Below, one piece after another: positions 12,140-24,624 of a stretch of 64,000 nt of DNA (the first letter of the stretch is position 1; each line of letters begins with the position of its first letter). The notes under the pieces are model-generated. The model was not told the DNA's origin, did no database searches, and saw only the letters and a program-made list of their open reading frames with translations. The DNA lies in NCBI GenBank assembly GCA_951406725.2, contig OX597815.1, positions 208,134,001 to 208,198,000 on the forward strand, given 5' to 3'. The position numbers and the translations under genes were made by a program. The DNA is from Octopus vulgaris. Taxonomy: Eukaryota.

Positions 12140-12141
<2 letters not shown>

Positions 12142-12475
12142 TCATCATCATCATCGTCTTCGTTTAACGTCTGCTTTCCATGCTGGCATGGGTTGCACGG
12201 TTTGACTTAGGGGCTGGCAAGCCAGAAGGATGTACCAGACTCCAATTCGATCTGGCAAACTTCCTACAGCTTGATGCTCTTCCTAATGCCAACCACTTCG
12301 AAAGTGTAGCACACTGAAAAGTAGTGGATGTTAAGAAAGGCACCCAGCCATACAAACCATGGCAAAACAACCAGAGCATGATGCAGTTCTTGGACATATT
12401 GGGTCCTGTCAAACTATCCAATCCATGACAGCATGGAACATGGACGTTAAAGGATAATGATGAAGTTGATGATGA
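12140..12475. mobile_element. Two family C fragments in opposite orientation
   Basis: Minus copy ~12140-12310 (catcat...tttaacgtctgctttccatgc...cttcctaatgccaaccac) abuts plus copy ~12320-12475 (...aggcacccagcc...gcatggaacatggacgttaaaggataatgatg). Confidence 0.7.
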
Positions 12476-13190
12476 TATTTATATATATTTCAGCTATCTA
12501 GCACTCATATCTTTATTGCCGAGGTTTTTTATCATCTTAACTTTCTGATCCATCATGAGACAGATAAGGATTCTCATCAGGCCTTCATGTACCCCATATA
12601 CATTACCTACACACCCAACCCACAACTGGCCATTTATTACCAACATCCATTACTCATACTCATCTTTTATTCATCACTTTCTATCCATCACTTTCTCACT
12701 CCTACCTCTGACAATAAACTTCTCTAGGTACATTTTGTTAAGTGTAGGAGTAAAGGGACCCTTTAATTTTGCCAAAGACATGACAACACCTCTAGTACTA
12801 TTTTTATGAAAATATGCACCTCGTACACGGTACAAAGGGATTGGTGTTCAGATAAACATCTAGCCATAAGAATGTGAGCCAGAAATGAAACTTAAGAATG
12901 GGATGTGGTCTGCTGATCCTTCTAGGAGAGCAGCAACAATCTGTCAAACTCATGCCAGTATGGAAAGTAGACATACAATAATGATGATAATGATGATGCT
13001 GTTGATGATGGTTATGATGATAAATCTTCTTGAAGAAATACAGGAATCTATTGAAGCAAAATGTCTGATTGTAAGGCGTCAGTTGGTTAATCAAAGAAAT
13101 ATTAACTTTGCTTGGTAGAGTATTGAGTACTTTCCAAAGTTTTACTCCACTTGAGAAACGATCGGAATATACAATAGATATTCACACACG

Positions 13191-13228
<38 letters not shown>

Positions 13229-14448
13229 ATTTCTTCCTCAACATGGAAACTACTTAATATTTTTTATTAATAATGTTTTTTCTAAAATATTAAAAAAAAA
13301 TAATCCAAAAGACCGAAAAAAGAAAGAAAAAAAAACAATATATTTCTCAGTTAGAACAATTCCACTTCACATGTTACCATGTTTGAGAAATACGGTAATG
13401 CCATCCAATTGGTTCTCTCCTTCACCATTAATTCCAAGCCTTAGGCCAATGTAAGAAATCGATGTTACAAAAAAAAAAAAAAAAAAATTCACAAAAAAAA
13501 AAAAAGAACAAATCCATCAACCTAGCATTTGAAAAATCATTGGATTTAAATAATTAGGATTCACAGGTCAATTATCAACCAAATCTGCTGTACGAAACTA
13601 GTTTCAACCGATCATTTGTATTTCGTTCTCATTTTTCACATTTAGCAGCAAAACCCATGTAACTATGTCTCTGCTATCCATTGCTATTTTTTTTCCTCTT
13701 CTTTTGTTTTTTTCCTTTTTGGTTTTTTCCTCTCACACATGAGATCAAAATTAAACTACTTCACCCAAGTGCGTTCTATTAGAGATTCGCAAAAGTGGCT
13801 GTTTTTGAGATCCAAAATTAAACTTTCAGAGTGAGAGAACATGCTATTAGAAGTAACAGAAAATATTCAAACCCACTATAGAAGCAAAGATCAATATCCT
13901 TGTGCAAAGAAATATGTGTATATATTTGTATACTCATCTCTATGTGTGTATGTTTGTATACACACATAAGTACATATGTATGTATGCCTAAACAACTGAT
14001 GAAAGCCCAGTTCTACTTTTGTTATTATCTGTGTGTGTGAGAGAGAGAGAGAGAAAGAAGGAGAGAGTGATATCATTGCTGAATATGGGATCTTGTCTTA
14101 AGGGAAGTAAGAATCTAAAAGTATCCTTTTCTATGAGACAAGAATTGTAAAATAAAATTAAGGCAAAAAAAGAGAATACCATTTGCTTCATTCACGTAAT
14201 TTACATTAGTTCTAGTAGGAAAAAATCTCATTTGATATTGGCACTTGAAAATAAAAATTCCCTGTGATACAAGAATGTAATAGTTTAATTTTTTTGCTTT
14301 ACATTTTCTTTTTCTCATTTGCATATTCTCACATACACGCATGAGTATAAATAAATATATATATATATATATATAGGCACAAATTCACAGAAACACAAAT
14401 GTGCAAACACAGATATTTGTGTAGCTGATAGTGTAACAAATTCTAAAG

Positions 14449-14866
<418 letters not shown>

Positions 14867-15311
14867 ATGATGATAAATTGACAGATATAATGAAAGAGAG
14901 AGACATCATTCTTAATAGTGATTTGCAAGTCATGTGTAGTAAACAATACCTCTTTAGCTTTTTAAGACTGTTATCACAGACTCTTTAACAAATAGGAAAT
15001 CATGCTTTTCAACTGTCAAAGTCTGGACAGAGTTTTAACATTCTAGCAGAGTTTGATATGATGAAGAAACTATCTGAATCAAAATAATGTGAAAAATAAG
15101 GGTAAAATGAAAAAAAAAAAAATAATATACAGCTGCAGACATGACCCATTTGGCTGAGAAGCTTGCTTTGGTTCTTATTTTACCAAACCTCAAAAGGACA
15201 AAAAGCAAAAATTGACCTCAGCAGAATTTGAACTCATGACATAAAGCCAGAAAAAATGCAGAAAAACATTTTGTCCAGTATGCCAATTCTTCTGCCAGTT
15301 TGCCACCTTAA

Positions 15312-15530
15312 CATTTAACATTGAATCTAACCATATCAGCTTCAAATATTCTTCCTATTCTGTGTTCAGACTGGCCAAGTTCAGCCTCTCACACCTATCC
15401 TACAATGTCATTCTAAAAATAAACTGTGACATCATTGAAATCTCAAAGCTACAAGATAATGCAAGATTAATCCAAAACATTGTGAATAAATAAGCATTAC
15501 ACTTTACGTATTAATCTGAATGCTAAAGGA
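15312..15530. mobile_element. Degenerate TTAA-flanked MITE (piggyBac-type)
   Basis: TTAA at 15308 and 15531; ends catttaacattgaa / ctgaatgctaaagga are degenerate inverted repeats. Confidence 0.45.
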
Positions 15531-15883
15531 TTAATGTGTGTATGTGTTAATATAATGTACATTTATACACACCCATTTATATGTGTGTATGTGTATATGT
15601 GTGTGTATATGTCTATATCAATGTGGGTTTCCAAATCAAAATGTCAAATGAAAATACTGTGTGATATTCTGATAGTCTCACTAGCCTCTCTTTATAACCA
15701 GTTAAATCTGTCTTTCATTTTCCTCCAAGGCTGATAAATTAAATACCAAACCATTTTCTTAATGCCACATAATTTTAAATACCTTTCATGAGACATTATG
15801 TCATTACTATACACTTTTTCTCATAGATAAACCAATCTTATCAACATATACCTTTTCAGATTACTGAGTACTCTCTCTCTCTC

Positions 15884-16270
15884 TCTTTTACTAGTTTTAG
15901 TCATTTGACTGCACCATCTTGAAGGATTTAGTCAAATAAATCAGTCCCAGTGATTTACTTTTTTCTAAAAGCTTGGCACTTATTCTGTTGCTCTCGCTTC
16001 TTGAACTGCTAAGTTACAGGGTACAGAAACAAACCAACACCAGTTTGTCAAGCAGTGGTGATGGTGAGAACAAGGACACACACACACACACACACACAAA
16101 TACACACACACACACACACACATGCACACATATATATACAATGGGCTTCCATACAATTTCCATCTACCAAATTCCCTCAAAAGGTATTGGTCAGCCCAGT
16201 GCTATAGCAGTGGAACTGAACTTGAAACTGCGCAGATGCAAAGCCAGTTTCTTAACCACACAGCCATACC
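15884..16270 (-). mobile_element. SINE family A, old copy
   Basis: Diverged, near full-length family A layout from tttagtcatttgactg to ttaaccacacagcc. Confidence 0.7.
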
Positions 16271-16309
16271 TGTGTCTATTCCCAACATTCCCAACAATAT
16301 CTTTGTTAA

Positions 16310-16531
16310 CCTTTTCATTACTGTATTTATTTTGAGAAGCTCTGTGTTTCTTTCAATTAATTTTAAATATAACAAAGAATTTAGTACAATAACTTAGTTA
16401 TCATTCAGCTAGTGTTAGGAACATAAAATTGTGACTAAGGTTTGGTGGAAGATTTTAATTCAAAACTTATAAAAACAAAACATTTGTACTCAAAACCAGA
16501 GCTGATTTCAGCCAGGTTGGTAACGAAAGGG
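16310..16531. mobile_element. piggyBac-type MITE
   Basis: TTAA TSD (16306-16309, 16532-16535); TIRs CCTTTTCATTAC / GTAACGAAAGGG; AT-rich non-coding interior. Confidence 0.7.
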
Positions 16532-17060
16532 TTAACATGCTATCTATTAGGGAGCTATGCAGGCAGGTAAAAATGTTATTGGTAAAAGAGAGCTGCCAAA
16601 CTAAATGCTTCCATTTTTTTTCTTCGTTCAAAACTACTTTAAATTCCATAATTCTAACTTCAATATGCTAAGCACAGATAAGATTCAAAGGTCATGCTCA
16701 TAGACTAAAACTATTAACTCTAGAGCAAAATGACTTCATGCCTAGCAAAATAGATATCTTCTTTATTCTTCTATTATTTTCTCCCTGACTCCAGTTATAG
16801 GACTGCAGCCATGTACAACGGGCAGAGTTGATTATATTATCCACTCTAGTATTTTGTTTGCCTTCATCTTCCTCTCAGGTTGATAAAATGAATACCAATC
16901 AATTGATTGTAAACCGAGGCAGCCAGCATATTGAAATATTACAAAGAAATTTCATTTGACATAGCAATTAAGAAATCCCACACTGATATAGACACACACA
17001 CACACACATGTTTGTATGTGTTTCAATATGTATGTATGTGTGTGTGTGTGTGTGTATATA

Positions 17061-17113
<53 letters not shown>

Positions 17114-17132
17114 ATATATATGTATGTATGTA

Positions 17133-17165
<33 letters not shown>

Positions 17166-17174
17166 ATATATATG

Positions 17175-17283
<109 letters not shown>

Positions 17284-17456
17284 ATGTATATATATATATA
17301 ATATATATATATACATACATATATATACACAGACATAGCAGAAGTACATAGACACCTCATAAAACATCGTTTTATGTTTATTCTTACTTGTAAAGGCTTA
17401 TATTTTTTATTAATGGTCATTTTTATATTTCAAGATCTATATGTGACTGTTTAATC

Positions 17457-18638
17457 ATGCCACGTACAAAAGAAGCCTTGGAACTGTCTGAATTTCAAAG
17501 AGGCTGCATTGTGGGTCATTCTGAAGATGGAAATAGCGTAAAATTGCAAGAAACCTTGGGATCCTTCTTTCTACTGTTAATAGAGTGAATGTGCAGTTCA
17601 TCAGAGAGGGAAGGAGTCCACATCACCTCGCCCAGATCAACCAGGGCCCTCTGACAGGACCCCTTCTATTTGTTAAGAAAAGTATGGAGGATAATCCTCA
17701 TACATTATTTACATTTGATGGATATTTGTCCTCATCTTGTTTGTTGTTAACACAACATTTCGGCTGATATACCCTCCAGCCTTCATTAGGTTTGAAATTT
17801 CCCCAAGACACCTGATGAAGGCTGGAGGGTTTATCAGCCGAAACATTGTGTTGACAACAAACAAGATGAAGACAAATATCTGTCAAATGTAAATAATGTA
17901 AATAATGTACATAATTCCTCATCTCTTAAATATAGAACTGGATAATCCTCATTACAAGGCTTCTGACATAGGAAAACAAGTTGATATCAGTCCCAGAACA
18001 ACTGTAAGGTTTCTCCACAAACTTGGTTATTATGGCAGAGCAGCAAGAAAGAAGCCACTTCTTCGACCAGCCAACATCAAACAGAGAAACGGTCGCACCA
18101 GTGAGATGGTGGAGAGACTACTAGCATTTTAGGACACTGTCATTTCCTGACAGTGATCAAGTGTGGGTCTGGAAACCCTCTGATCAAGAATTTAATGTGA
18201 AAATATTGCAGCCAACAATGAAACATGGCAGCTATTCTGTGATGGTCTAAGGAGGAATTTGTAGCAATGGTTAATCAGAGCTGGTGGAGCGTGAGAGAAA
18301 CATAAACTCAGATATGTGTCCATATTGCAGAAAAGACTTCTTCCAATCTTCTCCAGTGGTGAAAGGATAAGAGAAAACTCTTTTTGGATGAGAATGGCAT
18401 TAAAAAGCTTCCATGGCCAAGCCAGTCACCAGATATGAACCCTATTGAACACTGCTGGGACATAATGGTCAGGATACTTCATAAAAAGAACAAGAAAACA
18501 TCTTCAAAGCCAGATCTTTTGAGATTACTGCATGGAACTTGGCAAAAAATTCCTCAAGAGAATATTCGTGATCTGATCAGTAACATGCCTAATAAGGTCC
18601 TTGCAATGTCTACTAAATATCAAATATTCACACCATAA
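17457..18638 (+). pseudogene. Tc1 transposase pseudogene (frameshifts, stops, 238-bp insertion)
   Basis: MPRTKEALELSEFQRGCIVGH start; RFLHKLGYYGRAARKKPLL; MKHGSYSVMV; catalytic-region WPSQSPDMNPIEHCW; WQKIPQENIRDLISNMP. Confidence 0.9.
17702..17939. mobile_element. Palindromic non-autonomous Penelope-like insertion with two hammerhead motifs
   Basis: 13-bp TSD GGATAATCCTCAT (17689-17701, 17940-17952). ~90-bp arms 17701-17790 / 17811-17900. Right arm reads GACAC-CUGAUGA-AGGCUG..CAGCC-GAAAC-AUU-GUGUU. Confidence 0.75.
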
Positions 18639-19024
18639 CAATTAATAAATAATTTAAATGTACAATAAAGATTTAAATATATTCTAATGATTATAAGGGT
18701 GTCTATCTACTTCTGTCATGTCTGTGTATATTTGTGCGTTTGTGTATGCTTCTGTATGTATATGTATCTGTGCATATGTGTGTGTGTGTGTGTGTGTGCA
18801 TTTGTGTGTGTGTGTTTATGTTTACATTGGTCTAAGACCAGTATTGTCTGTGACGAGTCATTTTATGTCCAGTAACTTAGCAGTCTGGCAAATAGTTATG
18901 ATAAAATAAGAATCAAATTATAAAACATCAATAATACTGACTAAAACTCTTGAAGCTGGTGCCCCCGTATGGCCACAATCCAAAGAATAAAAGCATAAAA
19001 AACACACGTGCACATAGACATATA

Positions 19025-19259
<235 letters not shown>

Positions 19260-19429
19260 TGTATCTTCATTGCTTCTTCAGTCATCCTTAGCCTCTCTTA
19301 AAATTCCATCTGAAGGGAACCATTGCAAGAATTGCGCCCACTTAATTATAGCTTTTGGTGAATTCACTCATTTCTTCTTCTATGCAGTAATCAAGGCCAT
19401 TGTTGTTTCGGATTCTCATTATTATCTTT

Positions 19430-19730
19430 GTTTTACTCTTCTTAATTAGGAATCTAACATTTTTTCCTTGAGTAACAAAGTTATTTAGTATTTCCTGTGT
19501 TTCTTCTTAAGATGGCGCCATCGATACAATATCACCAACATTAATCCAAGTCCTATCGCTTTTTTTTTTTTTTCCCTTTAATCAAATCTTTTCCATAATT
19601 TCCTTTCTCTCTTCTGTTTACACATTACAAAATCAATAAGCAATGAAAAAGAGTGCAGGCAATAATATACTACCTTGCAGCACTCCTAAATTTATCTGAA
19701 TTTTGATAAGATCACCATCAACCAGTATGA
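19430..19730 (-). pseudogene. Decayed non-LTR (RTE-like) reverse transcriptase fragment
   Basis: Minus strand translates ILVDGDLIKIQINLGVLQGSILLPALFFIA, matching the GVxQG..LSP.LF RT motif. Confidence 0.5.
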
Positions 19731-20424
19731 ATTTCAAATATAATATCGAGACATGCAAAAATAAAACTTTATATTACTCTTCTATGAACCATTTTAACCC
19801 ATGGACAATCCCTCAAAGTATATCACAGTAATTACTGCAGCAAAAACTTTGGCTTTTGAGAATAAGGCTTTGAGGAAAATGCTGGGGGTTTAACTAACAA
19901 TAGCAGACAACTAATGTTTTTATAAAGGAAGTGATTAGGTTGAGAGCTATGTGGGGTGGGGCCTGTGTGGATTTAACAAGCAACAGTAAAATTATGGTGG
20001 TTTAAACTTATCCAGGACACTATGGCAAAGAAAGACGAATAATGAATGCAAATTCTGGTTTGTCTTCTCGTTAGTAAAATTAATGGTATGGAGAAAGGCA
20101 TAAAATTTCAGGGTTTTTAAAAAAAATTTTTGAGACTGATGGGGAACGGTGGTATTTAATAGCTTGAGAAGTGCTGGGTTGAGGGATGTAAATATCTGTA
20201 TTAAATTTTCGAGATGGAAATAGGTAGGTTAAAAGAAGCAAGTCTTATGAAGCAAGCTTTTGACTTGTAAAACTGTAGGGTAGAAAGGGATGGGAACAAG
20301 GCTAAGAATGATGATGAGAGAAGTTAATGAAGAAAACTGGATGGAAATGGTAGAAATAGGTCAAAACAGAAGTATGTGGTTTAAGTTTTAAAATGACCTT
20401 TGCATCCAGAAAAGGCCAGAAGAT

Positions 20425-20435
20425 TAATGATGATG

Positions 20436-20478
<43 letters not shown>

Positions 20479-20587
20479 TGATAATAATAATGATAATAAT
20501 AATAGTAGTAATAATAATAATAATAATAATAATAATAGTAATAATAATAATAATAATAATAGTAATAATAATAATAGTAGTAGTAGT
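20425..20587. repeat. (TAA/TGA/TAG)n microsatellite
   Basis: Visible trinucleotide repeat. Confidence 0.95.
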
Positions 20588-20665
20588 AAAAGACCTGGAA
20601 ATAGATTAACTCGAATGTGGAGTCTAAAAACAGAAACAATTCCTATCATAGTAGGTGCATTAGGT
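20588..20665 (+). pseudogene. Fragment of restriction-like endonuclease C-terminus of an R4/Dong-like non-LTR retrotransposon
   Basis: KDLEI(D) / frameshift / TRMWSLKTETIPIIVGALG matches the K.DL.IE..RMW....IPIV.GALG motif of RLE-type elements. Confidence 0.65.
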
Positions 20666-20666
20666 G

Positions 20667-21021
20667 TACTCTTTTTTTTTTTTTTACTCTTTTACTTGTT
20701 TCAGTCATTTGACTGTGGCCATGCTGGAGCACTGCCTTTAGTCGAGCAAATCGACCCCAGGACTTATTCTTTGTAAGCGTAGTACTTATTCTATTGGTCT
20801 CTTTTGCCGAACTGGTAAGTTATGGAGAGGTAAACACATCAGCATCGGTTGTCAAATGATGTTGGGGAGACAAACACAGACACACAAACATATACACATA
20901 CACACACACACATATATATATATATACGACGGGCTTCTTTCAGTTTCCGTCTACCAAATCCACTCACAAGGCTTTGGTTGGCCCAAGGCTATAGTAGAAG
21001 ACACTTGCCCAAGGTGCCATG
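20667..21021 (-). mobile_element. SINE family A, head truncated
   Basis: tttactcttttacttgtttcagtcatttgactgtggccatgctggagcac...gaagacacttgcccaaggtgccatg. Confidence 0.9.
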
Positions 21022-21062
21022 CTTTTTGCCTGGTGTGCAAACATTTCTGTCAGCTTGCCGCC

Positions 21063-21102
<40 letters not shown>

Positions 21103-21222
21103 TAATAATAATAAAAACCAGACTTCTGCACTATTCCTCTTTTTATCTTTTATCTTTTACTAGTTTCAGTCATTGGACTGTGGCCATGCCTAGGAATTGA
21201 ACCCATTACAAACTAGTTACAA

Positions 21223-21445
21223 ATCCGTGGAACAAGCGGATCCGTGGAACAAGCGGATCCGTGGAACAAGCTGCCAGACGAGATGGTGAAGATGCCGACG
21301 ACCGCTTTGTTCAAAGCCTCCCTGGACCTCAACTGGCCTGAACTCTTTACATGAACACCACCCTGTACTTAACTCCATGTCCCCCTACATGGCCTTGCTA
21401 TTTGCTTTTGAGCCAAATTAACTAACTAACTAACTAACTAACTAA
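21223..21445 (+). mobile_element. CR1-clade LINE 3' end with (TAAC)n tail
   Basis: Encodes PWNKLPDEMVKMPTTALFKASLDLNWPELFT* (WN.LP...FK..LD motif), then a short UTR and (TAAC)n. Second copy at 35281-35576. Confidence 0.8.
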
Positions 21446-21844
21446 ATCAACCTTTTTAACGATACAAACATGTCTTGATTAGAACCAAATATACAAGCTC
21501 CATATATTAACATTGTGAATGTAAAGCTCTTAGCTAAAAAAGGAGTTAATGAGGTTACTAAGCCAAAAAAGAAACAAAACAAACTAATTAGGAAAAACAA
21601 TAAAACAGCAATAATATTGGTGAAGGTTATGTGGACATGAATACAAAATTGCCTGAACATTATTCAGCTTATACACATTTGAATCATCACTGTCACTCAA
21701 ACTAGTGTAAATTTATGTGTATGTATGTATATGCATGCAACACATACACGCATTCAGTGGGGATGGGTGGCCGTGTGCATGCATGTCTATATATATATAT
21801 ACATTATCATTATCATCATTTAACATCCATTTTCCATGGTAAAT

Positions 21845-22246
21845 CATCATCATCATCATCATCATTTAGCGTCCGCTTTCCATGCTAGCATGGGTTGGAC
21901 GGGTCAACTGGGGTCTGTGAAGCTGGAAGGCTTCGTCAGGCCCAGTCAGATCTGGCAGTGTTTCTACGGATGGATGCCCTTCCTAACGCCAACCACTCCG
22001 TGAGTGTAGTGGGTGTTTTTTATGTGCCACCTGCACAGGTGCCAGACAGAGCTGGCGAACGGCCACGAACGGATGGTGCTTTTACGTGTCACCGGCACGG
22101 GGCCAGGCGATGCTGGCAACGGACACGAACGGATGGTGCTTTTACGTGCCACCGACACGGGGCCAGACAGAGCTGGCAAACAGCCACGAACGGACGGTGC
22201 TTTTATGTGTCACCGGCACGGGGGCCAGCCGAGGCTGGCAACAGAC
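21845..22246 (-). mobile_element. Retroposon family C with internal ~60-bp tandem units
   Basis: (CAT)n tail, body and 3-4 repeats of ...cacgaacggatggtgcttttacgtg(t/c)caccg...; flanked by a 46-bp direct duplication. Confidence 0.88.
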
Positions 22247-22369
22247 ATACATTATCATTATCATCATTTAACATCCATTTTCCATGGTAAATATATATTT
22301 TTAAAAAATTTTTTATTTATTTTATTTAGTTTCAGCTCACAAGCTGTGGCCATGCTGGGGTACCGCCAT

Positions 22370-22402
<33 letters not shown>

Positions 22403-22543
22403 TATATCATCATCATCATTTTATATTCATGTTCCATGCTGGCATGGTTTGGACGGTTTAATAGGATTCAATGTGTCAAAGAACTGCATCATGTTCCAAT
22501 GTCTATTTAGGAATGGTTTCTATGGCTAGATGCCCTTCCTGAT

Positions 22544-22722
22544 CACTAGTGTAGCTAGAATGTGTGCCGTCTGGGGTGGCCCTTCTGTTTCCTGCCCCCA
22601 GAACCCACAAAAAACAAATATTACCTACAGCAGATCCAAAAGTGTGGCCCCTTTAAAAGAGCCACCCATGGCAGACTGTCCTTACCACCCCCCCTACTGC
22701 CCCTCCCCCAGCTACACTAGTG
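22544..22722. mobile_element. hAT-type MITE nested in a family C copy
   Basis: Perfect 13-bp TIR CACTAGTGTAGCT/AGCTACACTAGTG; 8-bp TSD TTCCTGAT/TTCCTAAT; splits the family C motif gatgcccttcct|aatgccaaccac. Confidence 0.8.
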
Positions 22723-22900
22723 TTCCTAATGCCAACCACTTTACAGCATGAACAGGGTGCTTTTATTGTTTTCATTTCCCCTGTGCTACTGAGGTCACCA
22801 TGAAGGTGGTATGTCTATGAACTGTAGAATGTAGGTCAGTATATATATATATCATCATCATCATTTAACGTCCGCTTTCCATGCTAGCATGGGTTGGACC

Positions 22901-22944
<44 letters not shown>

Positions 22945-23024
22945 CACACTTACATATATACAGATATACTCATACATATATACTGCAGGCACAAAGTTTA
23001 AAATTTTTTGGGAGGGGTGCCAAT

Positions 23025-23187
23025 CAATTAGATCGACCCCAGTATGCAACTGGTACTTAATTCATCGACTCCGAAAGGATGAAAGGCAAAGTCGACCTTG
23101 GTGGAATTTGAACTCAGAACATAAAGACAGATGAAATACCACTAAGCATTTTGCCTGGCGTGCTAATCTTTCTGCCAGCTCACCACC
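23025..23187 (-). mobile_element. SINE family B, partial
   Basis: gatcgaccccagt...gaaaggatgaaaggcaaagtcgacc...gaatttgaactcagaac...ctgccagctcaccacc. Confidence 0.8.
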
Positions 23188-24310
23188 TTACACTCATACA
23201 TATATAATGTTATGAGTGATTTCTTAAATTCATACATAATTTCTTTTGCATCTAAATCATGGACAAACACAACACAGTTTTATACTTTATCTAGATGGGG
23301 GTTTTGGTGTTAATAAGCAGATAAAAAGTACTTTTGTCTCATTTATATATATATATATATAAAAATTCTTTGAATTCTCCACTTAAAACTTAATAATCAA
23401 ATAGCAAAAAGGAACGAATCGAAATAGTAATTAAGCAGTCAATTTGTTCGAGTGACATTATTGATTTCTTTAACTTTAATTTTACGCCTAACATTGGTTA
23501 TTAGATTTTGTAACATTATTATGAGAAATGAAAAGTACTTATTAGCTAAATAGTTGAAGACAATCACAATGGTTATGACGAGGATGATGATGGTGTCAAT
23601 GATGATAAGGAGGCTTATGATAAGAATAAAATTGATGGTGATGGTGATGAAGCACATGATGATAATGATTGTGCGATAATGAAGATGAAAGAAGAGGAGG
23701 GAAAAGCAGAGGGAGGAGCTCTATAGCATGGTGCTTCTTTCAAGTGTAGGTCAGAATAAAGAATGTGAAAGGAAAAAAGGTAATTTCATTTGTAAAGAAA
23801 CTATGACTCTGCATATCATGATCAACACCGATTTTACCGACATCGATTTTTGTATCTGTCTTTTACCGATACTGGATGGCATGGGTGGACATGATGTCTT
23901 CGAGCAGTTTCTATGGCTAGGAGATCTTCCTGATATCAAACTTTACTCGTTTCCAAGTAATGTACTTTATTCCATGATTTGACATGTACCATCAAACTGC
24001 TGAATTTTCCGTTTATGACGTGCACAAATATTATCACCCTAGGCTGAACAATGTCAAAGCAAAGACATGTGGATACATACACACATGTATGCCTGCTTAT
24101 GTGAATGTATAGTGAGTGCATGTGTTGTGTGTGTGTAGTTCATGTGTGCATGTGTGTGTATATATATATATATTGTTATTCTACCAATAAAATACGTTTT
24201 TATTATTTTTTTGCAATTTACTTAACCATTGGTATTTTATTGTTATTTTAATTTTAATATTTCTATTATATGTAATTTTCTAGATGGGGTAATTTAATTG
24301 TTCATTTCTA

Positions 24311-24356
<46 letters not shown>

Positions 24357-24624
24357 TGTGTGAAATTTGATTTAGTATTTCTAAATTGAATTTTTTTCCC
24401 GGTAAGTTAGGATTAATATTCCCTCAAATAATTATTATATATATATATATATATGCACACACAGACTATAGGTTTCCATACAATTTCCATCTCCCATCTC
24501 CCAAATTTCTATGATTGGTCAGCTCAAAGTTGTTGCAAAAAGTACTTGCGGCCTGAGGTGCCATACAGATGATCAAATACAAACCCAAATGGTTGTGAAA
24601 TGAGTTTCATAGAAACCACATATA

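Larger units (their letters stand above)
17328..18726 (+). mobile_element. Tc1 (DD34E-type) DNA transposon, full length, inactive
   Basis: 29-bp TIRs (CACAGACATAGCAGAAGTACATAGACACC, 3 mismatches) flanked by TA, enclosing a decayed transposase. Confidence 0.92.

Noticed and set aside
22010-22246. Regularly spaced repeats resembling a CRISPR array
   Set aside because: The spacers are homologous to each other, the array lies inside a retroposon, the context is eukaryotic and there are no cas genes.
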